From Curvibacter sp. GWA2_64_110 (GTDB taxonomy: Bacteria; Pseudomonadota; Gammaproteobacteria; Burkholderiales; Burkholderiaceae_C), in NCBI GenBank assembly GCA_001797315.1, contig MGPC01000037.1, positions 30,593 through 94,592 on the forward strand: DNA of 64,000 nucleotides. The letters run 5' to 3'. The translations under genes were made by a program, and so were the position numbers. Below the pieces are notes generated by a model. The model did not search any database, was not told where the DNA came from, and saw nothing but the letters and a program-made list of their open reading frames with translations. Shown here piece after piece: positions 41,410 through 51,325 of the stretch (its first letter is position 1; the number at the start of each line of letters is the position of its first letter).

Positions 41410-42825
41410 ATGGCCAAGACCGTCGCAGACGTGATGAAGATGGTGAAGGAGAACGAGGTCAAGTTCGTTGACTTCCGTTTCACCGACACCCGCGGCAAAG
41501 AGCAGCACGTGACCGTGCCCGTGTCGCACTTCGATGAAGACAAGTTCAGTTCGGGCCATGCCTTCGACGGCTCCTCCATCGCTGGCTGGAAGGGCATTGA
41601 AGCCTCCGACATGCAGCTCATGCCCGACCCGAACACGGCCAACATCGACCCCTTCTTCGAAGAAACCACGCTGTTCCTGCAGTGCGACGTGGTCGAGCCG
41701 AGCGACGGCAAGTCCTACGACCGCGACCCGCGCTCGATCGCCAAGCGCGCCGAAGCCTACCTGAAGGCTTCCGGCATCGGCGATACCGCCTATTTCGGTC
41801 CGGAACCCGAGTTTTTCATCTTCGACGGTGTGCGCTGGAGCAACGAGCCCGGCAACGTGATGTTCGCCATCGACGAGTACGAAGCGCCCTGGAACAGCGG
41901 CAAGCAGCTCGAAGGCGGCAACCGCGGCCACCGTCCCACCGTCAAGGGTGGTTACTTCCCGGTGCCCCCGGTCGACAGCACGCAGGACATGCGCGCCGAG
42001 ATGGTTCTGATCCTCGAGTCGCTGGGTATCCCGGTCGAGGTGTTCCACCACGAAGTGGCTGGCGCCGGCCAGAACGAGATCGGCACCAAGTTCAGCACGC
42101 TGGTCGAGCGCGCCGACTGGACCCAGGTCCTGAAGTACGTGGTGTGGAACGTGGCCAATGCCTATGGCAAGACCGCCACTTTCATGCCCAAGCCCTACTC
42201 CGGCGACAACGGCTCCGGCATGCACGTGCACCAGTCGATCTGGAAAGACGGCAAGAACCTGTTCGCTGGTGACGGCTATGCCGGCCTCTCCGATTTCGCC
42301 CTGTACTACATCGGCGGCATCATCAAGCATGCCCGCGCCCTGAACGCTATCACCAATCCCGGCACCAACAGCTACAAGCGCCTGGTGCCCGGCTTCGAAG
42401 CCCCGGTGAAGCTGGCCTATTCCTCGCGCAACCGTTCCGCGTCGATCCGCATCCCGTTCGTGGCCAACCCGAAGGGCCGCCGCATCGAGGCGCGCTTCCC
42501 CGATCCGTCTGCCAACCCCTACCTGGCCTTCTCGGCCCTGATGATGGCTGGTCTGGACGGCGTGGAAAACAAGATCCACCCGGGCGAGGCTGCCACCAAG
42601 GACCTGTACCACCTGCCGCCGGAAGAGGACAAGCTGGTGCCGACCGTCTGCCACAGCCTGGACCAGGCGCTGGACTACCTCGACAAGGACCGTGCCTTCC
42701 TGACCAAGGGCGGCGTGTTCACCGACAGCATGCTCGACGCCTACATCGAGCTGAAGATGGGCGAGGTCACGCGTTTCCGCATGGCACCGCACCCGGTCGA
42801 GTACGACATGTACTACTCCCTGTAA
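41410..42825 (+). CDS. glnA: Glutamine synthetase type I
   Basis: 471 aa with full-length GSI sequence ([39 protein letters not shown] adenylylation region). Confidence 0.97.
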   Translation: MAKTVADVMKMVKENEVKFVDFRFTDTRGKEQHVTVPVSHFDEDKFSSGHAFDGSSIAGWKGIEASDMQLMPDPNTANIDPFFEETTLFLQCDVVEPSDGKSYDRDPRSIAKRAEAYLKASGIGDTAYFGPEPEFFIFDGVRWSNEPGNVMFAIDEYEAPWNSGKQLEGGNRGHRPTVKGGYFPVPPVDSTQDMRAEMVLILESLGIPVEVFHHEVAGAGQNEIGTKFSTLVERADWTQVLKYVVWNVANAYGKTATFMPKPYSGDNGSGMHVHQSIWKDGKNLFAGDGYAGLSDFALYYIGGIIKHARALNAITNPGTNSYKRLVPGFEAPVKLAYSSRNRSASIRIPFVANPKGRRIEARFPDPSANPYLAFSALMMAGLDGVENKIHPGEAATKDLYHLPPEEDKLVPTVCHSLDQALDYLDKDRAFLTKGGVFTDSMLDAYIELKMGEVTRFRMAPHPVEYDMYYSL

Positions 42826-42836
42826 GCAGGCGCCAA

Positions 42837-42898
42837 ACACTGTGGGTATCCACAGTGTGTCGCTAAAAAAGGACGGCAACAGCCGTCCTTTTTCTTTT
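42837..42898 (+). terminator. glnA 3' UTR: hairpin ACACTGTGG/CCACAGTGT followed by a rho-independent terminator
   Basis: Hairpin 1 spans 42837-42858. Hairpin 2 is GGACGGC-AACA-GCCGTCC (42871-42888), flanked by A6 and followed by TTTTTCTTTT. Confidence 0.8.
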
Positions 42899-42984
42899 CA
42901 GAGTGTTACCGGGTTTGGACTTTGCCGGGCTTTGATGGATACTGATCGACCGTCCCTGCATTTTTCGATGCGTGGAGAGAAAGT

Positions 42985-43470
42985 ATGAAGTACGCTTTGC
43001 TGATCCCGTTGGTTGCTACTTTTTTCGTAGCAGATGGTCATGCTCAGGGCCGCATCTACCGCTGCGGCAATGAGTACACCAACACGATTTCCGAGTCGCA
43101 AAAGAGCAGTTGCAAGCTGCTCGATGGCGGCAATGTCACCGTGGTGCAGACGCCGCGCCTGGCGCCCGTGCGCCTGGCATCCGCGGCGCAGGCCGGCTCT
43201 CGCATCGACACGGCCGAACAGCGTTCGCGTGATTCCGATGCACGCCTGATTCTGGAGTCCGAGCTGCGCAAGGCCGAAGCCCGGCGCGAGGAACTGCTCA
43301 AGGACTACAACAACGGTGAGCCGGAAAAGCTCGGCCCCGAGACGCGCAACCACCAGAAGTATCTCGACCGTGTGGCCGAACTCAAGGCCCAGATCGAGCG
43401 CAATGACAGCGATATTGCCGGCATCCGGCGCGAATTGGGCCGCGTGAGCGCGCCAACTGCGTCAAAATAG
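42985..43470 (+). CDS. DUF4124-like secreted protein with a coiled-coil C-terminal half
   Basis: Signal peptide, then the GRIYRCGNEYTN motif characteristic of DUF4124, then a charged helical region. Confidence 0.7.
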   Translation: MKYALLIPLVATFFVADGHAQGRIYRCGNEYTNTISESQKSSCKLLDGGNVTVVQTPRLAPVRLASAAQAGSRIDTAEQRSRDSDARLILESELRKAEARREELLKDYNNGEPEKLGPETRNHQKYLDRVAELKAQIERNDSDIAGIRRELGRVSAPTASK

Positions 43471-43475
43471 GCGGC

Positions 43476-44546
43476 TTGAAAAAGCACGCCCCATCCTCCT
43501 CCCGTTTCCAGACCTTCGACCTGCTCGCCACCTTGGTGGCGGTGGTGCACAGCGACGGCGCGGTACTGTTCGCCAACGCCGCCTTGGAAGATGCGCTGGG
43601 AACCTCGCGCCGACTGATCGTCGGCACCGATTTCGCCGCCAGCTTCACCGAGCCGCAGGTGCTGCGCAATGCCCTGGCCGGCGTCAAGAGCAACGACTTT
43701 GCTGCCTTGCGCTACGACGCCTGGCTCAAACGCCCCAACCGTGATGTGCTGCCGGTGCATGTGATCGTGACGCAGACCGACCATGCCGACGAAATCGTGG
43801 TCGAACTGCTGCCGCTGGAGCAGCAGGCACGCCAGGAGCGCGAGGAGCGCCTGCTGGACCAGGCCTTGGCCAACAAGGAACTGATCCGCAATCTGGCGCA
43901 TGAAATCAAGAACCCGCTGGGCGGTATCCGCGGTGCGGCACAGCTGCTGGAGATGGAGATCGACTCGAAGGAGCTCACCGAGTACACCCGCGTCATCATC
44001 CATGAGGCCGACCGTCTGCAGACCCTGGTGGACCGCTTGTTGGCGCCGCATCGCCGGCCGCACGTGGTGGGCGACGTCAATATTCACGAAGTGTGCGAGC
44101 GCGTTCGCTCGCTGATCCTGGCCGAATTTCCCCGTGGCCTGCGCGTGGTGCGCGACTACGACACCTCGATTCCCGAATTCCGCGGCGACCGCGAGCAGCT
44201 GATCCAGGCCGTGCTCAACATCGCCCACAATGCCTGCCAGGCGCTGGCCGAGCGCATCAGCGCCGGTGATGCGCAGCTCACGTTCCGGAGCCGGATCGCG
44301 CGCCAGATCACTTTCGGCAAGCAGCGCTACAAACTGGCACTGGAATTGCATGTGATCGACAACGGGCCTGGCGTGCCAGACTCGATCAAGGACCGCATCT
44401 TCTACCCGCTGGTGTCTGGGCGGGAGGGCGGCTCCGGCCTGGGGCTGACGTTGGCGCAAACCTTTGTGCAGCAGCATCATGGCCTGATCGAGTGTGACAG
44501 CGAGCCGGGCCGGACCGATTTCAAGATTTTGATACCGCTGCCCTGA
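43476..44546 (+). CDS. ntrB: Nitrogen regulation sensor histidine kinase NtrB (NR-II)
   Basis: PAS-like N-terminus, H-box LAHEIKNPLGGIRGAAQLL, and HATPase_c (GGSGLGLTLAQ). The ORF opens with TTG at 43476, so the exact start is uncertain. Confidence 0.9.
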   Translation: MKKHAPSSSRFQTFDLLATLVAVVHSDGAVLFANAALEDALGTSRRLIVGTDFAASFTEPQVLRNALAGVKSNDFAALRYDAWLKRPNRDVLPVHVIVTQTDHADEIVVELLPLEQQARQEREERLLDQALANKELIRNLAHEIKNPLGGIRGAAQLLEMEIDSKELTEYTRVIIHEADRLQTLVDRLLAPHRRPHVVGDVNIHEVCERVRSLILAEFPRGLRVVRDYDTSIPEFRGDREQLIQAVLNIAHNACQALAERISAGDAQLTFRSRIARQITFGKQRYKLALELHVIDNGPGVPDSIKDRIFYPLVSGREGGSGLGLTLAQTFVQQHHGLIECDSEPGRTDFKILIPLP

Positions 44547-44581
44547 TCGTTCACGGCAGCATGACCTGAGGTAAGCCACGC

Positions 44582-46072
44582 ATGAAGCCGATTTGGATCG
44601 TAGATGATGACCAGTCCATCCGCTTCGTGCTGGAAAAAGCGCTCTTGCGCGAACAGCTGCCCACGCGCAGTTTCACCAACCCGCGCGAGGTGCTGGCGGC
44701 GCTCGACGATGACGAGGACGGCCCGCAGGTTCTGGTGAGCGACATCCGCATGCCCGGCGGTTCTGGTCTGGAGCTGCTGGAGAAGGTCAAGGCGCGCTTT
44801 CCTGGCCTGCCGGTCATCATCATGACGGCGTTTTCCGACCTTGACAGCGCGGTCTCGGCCTTCCAGGGCGGCGCGTTCGAATACCTGCCCAAGCCTTTCG
44901 ATCTGCCCAAGGCGGTAGAACTGATCCATCGCGCGGTGGAGGAGAGCCAGCGTGAGGAGGTGGCGCAGGAGAGCATCAGCGAGACGCCCGAGATGCTGGG
45001 GCAAGCGCCGGCCATGCAGGATGTGTTCCGTGCCATCGGCCGCCTGAGTCAGAGCAACGTCACCGTGCTTATCACCGGCGAGTCCGGCTCCGGCAAGGAG
45101 CTGGTGGCGCGCGCCTTGCACAAGCACTCGCCGCGTGCCGGCGGCCCGTTTGTCGCCATCAACACGGCGGCCATTCCGAAGGACCTGCTGGAAAGCGAAC
45201 TGTTCGGCCACGAGCGCGGCGCCTTCACCGGTGCGCAGACCATGCGCCGCGGCCGTTTCGAGCAGGCCGAGGGCGGAACCTTGTTCCTCGACGAGATCGG
45301 CGACATGCCGTTCGATCTGCAGACCCGGCTGCTGCGCGTGCTCTCGGACGGCCATTTCTACCGGGTCGGCGGCCACAGCGCGGTCAAGGCCAATGTGCGC
45401 GTCATTGCTGCCACGCACCAGGACCTGGAGCAGCGCGTCAAGGAAGGCGTGTTCCGCGAAGATCTGTTTCACCGCCTCAACGTCATCCGCCTGCGCCTGC
45501 CGGCCCTGCGCGAGCGGCGCGAGGACGTGCCGATGCTGGCACGCCACTTCCTGCAGCAGAGCGCGCGCCAGCTCGGCGTCGAGCCCAAGCGCATCTCCGA
45601 TGCCGCGCTGGAACGCCTGAGCCGTTTCAGCTTCCCCGGCAATGTGCGCCAGTTGGAGAACATCTGCCACTGGCTCACCGTCATGGCGCCGGCCCAGGTG
45701 ATTGAACCCAAGGACCTGCCGCCCGAGGTCATGCTGGACGACGCCAGCCCGGCTACCGTGGTGTCCTTGCCGGCCCAGGCGGGTGCGCCGGCCTCGGTAT
45801 CAGGTGCGCTGGCGCAGGCCGGTGCCGACGTTGCGCCTGTGCCGATGCCAGTGTCGGGCGACGGCTGGGAAGGTGGACTGGAGGCGGAAGCGCTGGCCTT
45901 GCTGAGCAGCGGCCGTGAAGACGTGTGGGACGAGCTGACGCGCCGCTTCGAGCGCAAGCTGATTCTCACGGCGCTGGCCAACACCAAGGGACGTCGCATC
46001 GAAGCGGCGCACAAGCTCGGCATCGGCCGCAACACCATCACGCGCAAGATCCAGGAACTCGGGCTCGAATAG
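44582..46072 (+). CDS. ntrC: Nitrogen regulation response regulator NtrC (NR-I), sigma-54-dependent activator
   Basis: REC domain (IWIVDDD), AAA+ domain (GESGSGKE, GAFTGA, ESELFGHE) and C-terminal Fis-type HTH. Confidence 0.95.
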   Translation: MKPIWIVDDDQSIRFVLEKALLREQLPTRSFTNPREVLAALDDDEDGPQVLVSDIRMPGGSGLELLEKVKARFPGLPVIIMTAFSDLDSAVSAFQGGAFEYLPKPFDLPKAVELIHRAVEESQREEVAQESISETPEMLGQAPAMQDVFRAIGRLSQSNVTVLITGESGSGKELVARALHKHSPRAGGPFVAINTAAIPKDLLESELFGHERGAFTGAQTMRRGRFEQAEGGTLFLDEIGDMPFDLQTRLLRVLSDGHFYRVGGHSAVKANVRVIAATHQDLEQRVKEGVFREDLFHRLNVIRLRLPALRERREDVPMLARHFLQQSARQLGVEPKRISDAALERLSRFSFPGNVRQLENICHWLTVMAPAQVIEPKDLPPEVMLDDASPATVVSLPAQAGAPASVSGALAQAGADVAPVPMPVSGDGWEGGLEAEALALLSSGREDVWDELTRRFERKLILTALANTKGRRIEAAHKLGIGRNTITRKIQELGLE

Positions 46073-46146
46073 GCGCCCTGATCCCTCGGGCGGGCCAGAC
46101 CGGCCCTCCATAATGACGGTTGGTGCCGCAAGGCGGAGATGGAGTC

Positions 46147-47553
46147 ATGCCAATGGAAATGGCCGGGATCGCGTTTGCAATGCTGGCAGCAGGCTTGTTG
46201 CTGGGTGTCTTCCTTGGGCGGCGCAGGACGGACCGGGCGGCTGAGCAACCGGATCTGCCGGTGGAGGCGGTGTTCAGTGGCCAGGCCGATGAGGCGCTGC
46301 AAAAGCGCAATGCCATTTTTGCCAAGGTGTTCAACCTGGTGCCCGACACCCTGACCATCACGCGCCTGTCGGATGGCCGCTATGTCGAAGTCAGTCACAA
46401 CTGGGAAACCTTGTCGGGTTTTACCCGCGCCGAGGCCATCGGCCACACCTCCATCGAGCTGGGCATCTGGGCCGAGCCGCAACAGCGGGTCGACCTGATC
46501 GAGATCTTGCGGCGCGATGGCGTGGTGCGCGATTTGGATGTGACGTTCAGGCACAAGCAGGGGCATCTGCTCTACAGCCAGGTGGCCGGCAGCCTTTTCG
46601 AGTCCGAAGGCGAGACCTGCTTGATGCTGGCCGTGAAGGATGTCACGGCCCAGCGTGCGGCGGAACAGGAAATCCGCGAAATCAACCAGCAACTCGAAGA
46701 GCGGGTGCAACGGCGTACTCTCAAGCTGGAGCAGACCAATGCGGAACTGGCCCAGGCTCTGGAAACCCTGCGCCATGCGCAGGATGAGCTGGTGCGTTCG
46801 GGAAAGATGGCCGCACTGGGCTCGCTGGTGGCCGGTGTGGCGCATGAACTCAACACGCCGATCGGCAACGGCCTGACTGTGGCAACCACGCTGGAGCACC
46901 GCTTGCAGATGTTCGTCGGGCAGGTCCATGCCGGCCTGCGCCGCTCGGATCTTGACCGCTTCATGGCGGATGCCCAGTTCGCCACCGAGGTGCTGGTGCG
47001 CAACCTGATGCGGGCGGGTGATCTGGTGCGCAGCTTCAAGCAGGTGGCGGTGGATCGGGCCAGTTCACAGCGCCGGCAATTCAATCTGCAGGACGTCGTT
47101 TCGGAAATCGCCATCACCCTCAGTCCGGTGATCAGCCGTTCCGGCTGTGAGGTGCAGGCGGACATTGCCAGTGGGCTGGAGCTCGACAGCTATCCCGGTC
47201 CGCTGGGGCAGGTTCTGGACAACCTGATCAACAACGCCATGACCCATGCTTTTGTAAATGGCCAGCGAGGCTTGATTGAAATACGCGCACGCGACCTCAA
47301 TGCCGATGAGGTGCAGATCGAAGTACGGGACAACGGCGTGGGTATTCCGGCCAACAACCTGAAGCGGGTGTTCGATCCCTTTTTCACCACCCGCCTCGGC
47401 CAGGGCGGCTCCGGTCTGGGGCTGCACATCGTGCACAACATCGTGACCGGGGTGCTCGGTGGGCACGTCGATGTCAGCAGCCAGCCCGAGGCCGGCACGG
47501 TCTTTACCCTGCGCGTGCCGCTGCGGGCGCCTGAGTCCGCCCAGACGCTCTGA
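46147..47553 (+). CDS. PAS-domain sensor histidine kinase (membrane-anchored), no adjacent response regulator
   Basis: One TM segment, a PAS domain, H-box VAHELNTPIGNG, and HATPase_c (GGSGLGLHIV). The kinase core is paralogous to that of the MHYT kinase at 30969-34097. Confidence 0.85.
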   Translation: MPMEMAGIAFAMLAAGLLLGVFLGRRRTDRAAEQPDLPVEAVFSGQADEALQKRNAIFAKVFNLVPDTLTITRLSDGRYVEVSHNWETLSGFTRAEAIGHTSIELGIWAEPQQRVDLIEILRRDGVVRDLDVTFRHKQGHLLYSQVAGSLFESEGETCLMLAVKDVTAQRAAEQEIREINQQLEERVQRRTLKLEQTNAELAQALETLRHAQDELVRSGKMAALGSLVAGVAHELNTPIGNGLTVATTLEHRLQMFVGQVHAGLRRSDLDRFMADAQFATEVLVRNLMRAGDLVRSFKQVAVDRASSQRRQFNLQDVVSEIAITLSPVISRSGCEVQADIASGLELDSYPGPLGQVLDNLINNAMTHAFVNGQRGLIEIRARDLNADEVQIEVRDNGVGIPANNLKRVFDPFFTTRLGQGGSGLGLHIVHNIVTGVLGGHVDVSSQPEAGTVFTLRVPLRAPESAQTL

Positions 47554-47571
47554 GTCCTGGGCGGGACCGTC

Positions 47572-48342
47572 TCAAGCCGACTGGAGTTCGATGACGACGG
47601 GGGCGTGGTCGCTCGGCCGTTCGTTCTTGCGCGGTGCCTTGTCGATGGCGCAGGCCGTTACCCGCGGTTTGAGCGCATGGCTGACCAAGATGTGGTCGAT
47701 ACGCAGCCCGCGGTTGCGGCGGAAGGCGAAGTCGCGGTAGTCCCACCACGAATAGCTCTTCTCGGGTTGCTCGAACAGCCGGAACGCGTCATGCAGACCC
47801 AGCGCGATCAGGGCGCGCAGCTGGTAGCGTTCCTCTTCGGTGCAGTGGATGGTGTCCTTCAGGCCGACGGGGTCCCAGACATCGGTGTCGTCGAAGGTGA
47901 TGTTGTAGTCGCCCATCAGCACCAGTTGCGGGTGCGCGGCCAGCTCGCTGCGCAGCCAGTCGCGCAGGCCCTTGAGCCAGGCCATCTTGTAGTCAAACTT
48001 GTCCGAGCCCGGTTCCTGCCCATTGGGGAAATAAGCCCCCACCACCCGCAGGTCGCCGACGTCGGCACTGATGACGCGCGCCATGTCGTCGTCAAAACCC
48101 GGGATGTTGCGCACCACGTTGGTCAGCGGCGTGCGCGACAGCAGGGCCACGCCGTTGTAGGTCTTCTGGCCGAAACATGCCGCGTGGTAGCCGGCCTGCG
48201 TGAAGGCGTCGAACGGAAACTTGTCGTCGGTGAGCTTGAGCTCCTGCAGCGCCAGCACGTCGACCGGGTTGGCGGCCAGCCAGTCCAGCACCTGCGGCAG
48301 CCGCACGTTCAGCGAGTTGATGTTCCAGGTGGCAAGCTTCAT
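47572..48342 (-). CDS. xthA: Exodeoxyribonuclease III
   Basis: 256 aa (MKLATWNINSLNVRL, LQELK, SDHAPV). Confidence 0.93.
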   Translation of the reverse strand: MKLATWNINSLNVRLPQVLDWLAANPVDVLALQELKLTDDKFPFDAFTQAGYHAACFGQKTYNGVALLSRTPLTNVVRNIPGFDDDMARVISADVGDLRVVGAYFPNGQEPGSDKFDYKMAWLKGLRDWLRSELAAHPQLVLMGDYNITFDDTDVWDPVGLKDTIHCTEEERYQLRALIALGLHDAFRLFEQPEKSYSWWDYRDFAFRRNRGLRIDHILVSHALKPRVTACAIDKAPRKNERPSDHAPVVIELQSA

Positions 48343-48360
48343 CGGGTTCTATGTGTTTTC

Positions 48361-48410
48361 AGGCTGTGGCGCTTGTCAGATAGGCGCGGGCAGCTATCAA
48401 ATATGTAGCG
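48361..48410 (+). repeat. R2 short interspersed repeat, copy 3
   Basis: AGGCTGTGGCGCTTGTCAGATAGGCGCGGGCAGCTATCAAATATGTAGCG. The TGA inside the TTGATAGC core (minus strand) is the stop codon of the DUF4337 gene. Confidence 0.75.
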
Positions 48411-48978
48411 ACGCCAAGGCGCCAATCACCACGCCGAGTCCCCCGGTGCCGAACATGGCGTACTCCAGCCACTTCTTGCGCGTCAGCAGCGCAATGGCGG
48501 CCAGGGCGATGCAGACCTGCAGCACGGTGGTGGCCTGGGCCCAGCGATGGTGCTGGTGCATCTGCTCGTCGCTTTTCTTGTCCCACTCGGTGGCGTCGGC
48601 TTCGAGCTTGTCGGCCACGGCCTTGATCTCGTTCTTTTCCTTCTCGTAGCGGTCGATCTTGGCCTGGTACTTGGTCTTCTCTTCCTCGCGCACGGTCAGG
48701 TCGCGCGAGACCTCGGCCAGCGACTGCTTGGTGCTCTTGGACTGGAAGTAGTTCCACTGGTTGGAGGCTTCCGTTTTCTTGATCGCTGCGTTGTTCTTGT
48801 ACAGGCCGGCATTGGCCTGGGTGGCGCCGCCCATGTAGGCGAAGATGGCGCCCACGGTGGCGATGATGGCGGTGAACATCGCGATCTGGTTGGTCATGCC
48901 GCTGCCGTGGTCGCCCTGCTGGGCGTGTTCCAGTTCGTGGTCGTGCGGGCCGTGGACGTGAAAACCATGTCCGGACAT
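48397..48978 (-). CDS. DUF4337-like membrane protein with a His-rich N-terminus
   Basis: 193 aa: MSGHGFHVHGPHDHELEH..., one TM segment, a coiled-coil region, and a C-terminal TM segment. Start set at ATG 48978. Confidence 0.65.
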   Translation of the reverse strand: MSGHGFHVHGPHDHELEHAQQGDHGSGMTNQIAMFTAIIATVGAIFAYMGGATQANAGLYKNNAAIKKTEASNQWNYFQSKSTKQSLAEVSRDLTVREEEKTKYQAKIDRYEKEKNEIKAVADKLEADATEWDKKSDEQMHQHHRWAQATTVLQVCIALAAIALLTRKKWLEYAMFGTGGLGVVIGALASLHI

Positions 48979-48979
48979 A

Positions 48980-49474
48980 TCAATTTCCTTCTGTACGCTG
49001 GTAAGTGACAAAACTGAAGTTCAAACCGTTGGTGGCCGTGTGGCGCGCGCGCGCCACTTCCTGCCACTCGGGGCCGAATTGTGGCGCAAATGCGTCCCCT
49101 TCGAAGTCGGCCTCGATCTCCGTGACCACGGCCGTGCTGGCCAGCGGCAGCGACTGGGCGTAGATGTCGGCGCCGCCGATGATCCAGGCATCGGCCGCAT
49201 CACCGCACAGCGCGATGGCTTCGGGCAGCGAGTGCGCCACGCTGGCACCGGCTTCTTGCCAATCGCGCTGGCGCGTCACCACCACGTTGATGCGGCCGGG
49301 CAAGGGGCGGAAGCGGGCGGGGAGCGACTCCCAGGTCTTGCGCCCCATGATCACCGGGCAACCCAGCGTGGTGCGCTTGAAGTGGGCCAGGTCCTCCGGC
49401 AGGTGCCAGGGCATGGTGCCGTCCTTGCCGATCACGCCATTGGCAGCGCGGGCGAAGATGAGGTGCAGTTTCAT
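48980..49474 (-). CDS. folA: Dihydrofolate reductase
   Basis: 164 aa (IFARAANGVIGKDGTMPWHLPEDLAHFKRTTLG, VIMGRKTWES, IIGGADIY). Only the C-terminal part of track ORF 48980..49819 is called. Confidence 0.93.
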   Translation of the reverse strand: MKLHLIFARAANGVIGKDGTMPWHLPEDLAHFKRTTLGCPVIMGRKTWESLPARFRPLPGRINVVVTRQRDWQEAGASVAHSLPEAIALCGDAADAWIIGGADIYAQSLPLASTAVVTEIEADFEGDAFAPQFGPEWQEVARARHTATNGLNFSFVTYQRTEGN

Positions 49475-50367
49475 GCGGTTTTTCCCCGAAGAGGTGGCGT
49501 ACGCGGCGGCAACAGCACGGCGGCGATCGCCGCCATGACGAACCCGATGGCGACGAAGTCCTGCCAGTGCGGCCATTCGCCGACGATGACAGTGGCACTC
49601 AGCGTGCCGATCAGCGGAATGGCCATGATGCTCATGGCGCTGGTGGCCGGCGGCAGGTTGCGCGCCAGCCCGGCCCACATGGTCTGGGCAAAGCCGTAGT
49701 TGATGAAGGCGCCATAGGCCAGGCTGGCCCACATGGCCGTGCTGAACTGCCAGCGGGGCCACGGTTCGCTGACCAATGCGATCAGCCACAGGCAGGCGCT
49801 GGTGAGGATCATCATCCACACCGTGAGCGTTTCCACCGGCAGCGTGAGGTGGGCGCGGCGCACCATCAGCGTGCCGATGGCCCAGCAGACGGCGGCGATC
49901 TCCATCCAGACGATGCCCAGCGGCCGACCGGAGAGGGTGGTGAATTCATGCGAGATCAGCAAGGTGATGGCCACCGCCACTGCGACGGCGGCAAACGCCA
50001 CGCGGCGCGTGAGTTTTTCACCCAGGAACAGCACGCCGATCAGCACGGTCCAGATCGGCATGGTGAAGCCCAGAATGGCGGCGCGGCCCGAAGCCAGTTC
50101 CTTCACGCCCAGGATGGACACCGTGTGCCAGCCCAGCATGTTGGGCAGGCCGATGCTGGCCACCGATTTCCATTCGGTACCCTGCGGCAGCATGCGCAGG
50201 CCGCGTGCGCGGTACCAGCTGTAGAGAAAGATCGCGCCGGCCGTCATGGTGCAGGCGCGAAAGTACATCGGCGAGAGCTCGCGCAGCGAGAGCTTCATCA
50301 TCGGCCAGTTGATGCCCCACATCAGCGTGAGGGCGATCAAGGCCAGCAATTGGCGGCGGCTGATCAC
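49471..50367 (-). CDS. DMT-superfamily (EamA-like) transporter
   Basis: About 298 aa with ten predicted TM segments and two EamA-like halves. GTG 50367 overlaps the thyA stop (GTGA); the alternative start is GTG 50400. Its stop overlaps the folA ATG (ATGA). Confidence 0.8.
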   Translation of the reverse strand: MISRRQLLALIALTLMWGINWPMMKLSLRELSPMYFRACTMTAGAIFLYSWYRARGLRMLPQGTEWKSVASIGLPNMLGWHTVSILGVKELASGRAAILGFTMPIWTVLIGVLFLGEKLTRRVAFAAVAVAVAITLLISHEFTTLSGRPLGIVWMEIAAVCWAIGTLMVRRAHLTLPVETLTVWMMILTSACLWLIALVSEPWPRWQFSTAMWASLAYGAFINYGFAQTMWAGLARNLPPATSAMSIMAIPLIGTLSATVIVGEWPHWQDFVAIGFVMAAIAAVLLPPRTPPLRGKTA

Positions 50368-51197
50368 ACCGCCACCGGAGCCTTGATGGCCGCATGGCAC
50401 TGGTAGTCCAGCACCTCGAAGTCCTCGTATTCATACTCGAAGATCGACGCCGGCCGGCGCTTGATGTTCAGCGTCGGGTAGGCAAAGGGGGCGCGGCTCA
50501 GTTGCAGTTCCACCTGCTCGTGATGGTTGCTGTAGATGTGGCAGTCGCCGCCGGTCCAGATGAAATCGCCCACGGCCAGATCGCACTGCTGCGCCACCAT
50601 GTGGGTCAGCAGGGCGTAGCTGGCGATGTTGAAGGGCACGCCGAGGAAGATGTCGGCGCTGCGCTGGTAGAGCTGGCAGGAGAGCTTGGCAGGTTCGCCG
50701 GCCACCTGCGATGGCGCCACGTAGAACTGGAAGAAGGCGTGGCAGGGCATGAGCGCCATCTTGTTCAGCTCGGCCACGTTCCAGGCGCTGACGATGATGC
50801 GGCGCGAGTCCGGGTTGCTCTTGAGGGTCTTGATGACGTCGGCAATCTGGTCGATGTGGCCGCCGTCCGGTGTTGGCCAGCTGCGCCACTGCACGCCGTA
50901 GACCGGCCCCAGGTCGCCGTCGGGTTTGGCCCATTCGTCCCAGATGCTGACGCCGCGCTCTTTCAGCCAGTTGTTGTTGCTCGAACCGGTGAGGAACCAC
51001 AGCAGCTCATGGATGATGGACTTGAGGTGGACCTTCTTGGTGCTCACCAGCGGAAAGCCCTCGTTGAGGTCGAAGCGCATCTGGTGGCCGAACACGCTAC
51101 GCGTGCCGGTGCCGGTGCGGTCGGTCTTGGTCACGCCCGTGGTGTACACGTGGCGCATGAAGTCTTCGTACTGGGAGCGGATGGGACGGGAGGTCAT
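50364..51197 (-). CDS. thyA: Thymidylate synthase (ThyA type)
   Basis: 277 aa (DRTGTGT, LPPCH-type block [25 protein letters not shown]). Start set at ATG 51197. Confidence 0.95.
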   Translation of the reverse strand: MTSRPIRSQYEDFMRHVYTTGVTKTDRTGTGTRSVFGHQMRFDLNEGFPLVSTKKVHLKSIIHELLWFLTGSSNNNWLKERGVSIWDEWAKPDGDLGPVYGVQWRSWPTPDGGHIDQIADVIKTLKSNPDSRRIIVSAWNVAELNKMALMPCHAFFQFYVAPSQVAGEPAKLSCQLYQRSADIFLGVPFNIASYALLTHMVAQQCDLAVGDFIWTGGDCHIYSNHHEQVELQLSRAPFAYPTLNIKRRPASIFEYEYEDFEVLDYQCHAAIKAPVAV

Positions 51198-51325
51198 GGA
51201 CGAGATTTTCCTACAAGTCGGACGGATGCCGCCCGGCCCCGGCACAAGTTGTCACAGACCTGTTTTATAGTGGAAACAAACAAATCAGCGGTTATGTTGA
51301 CCACTACATATCAGGCGAGAAAATC

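Noticed and set aside
41213-41410. A 65-aa ORF in the glnA upstream region.
   Set aside because: It lies over the NtrC sites and the sigma-54 promoter, has AT-rich non-genic codon usage, and has no SD sequence. It is a regulatory region.
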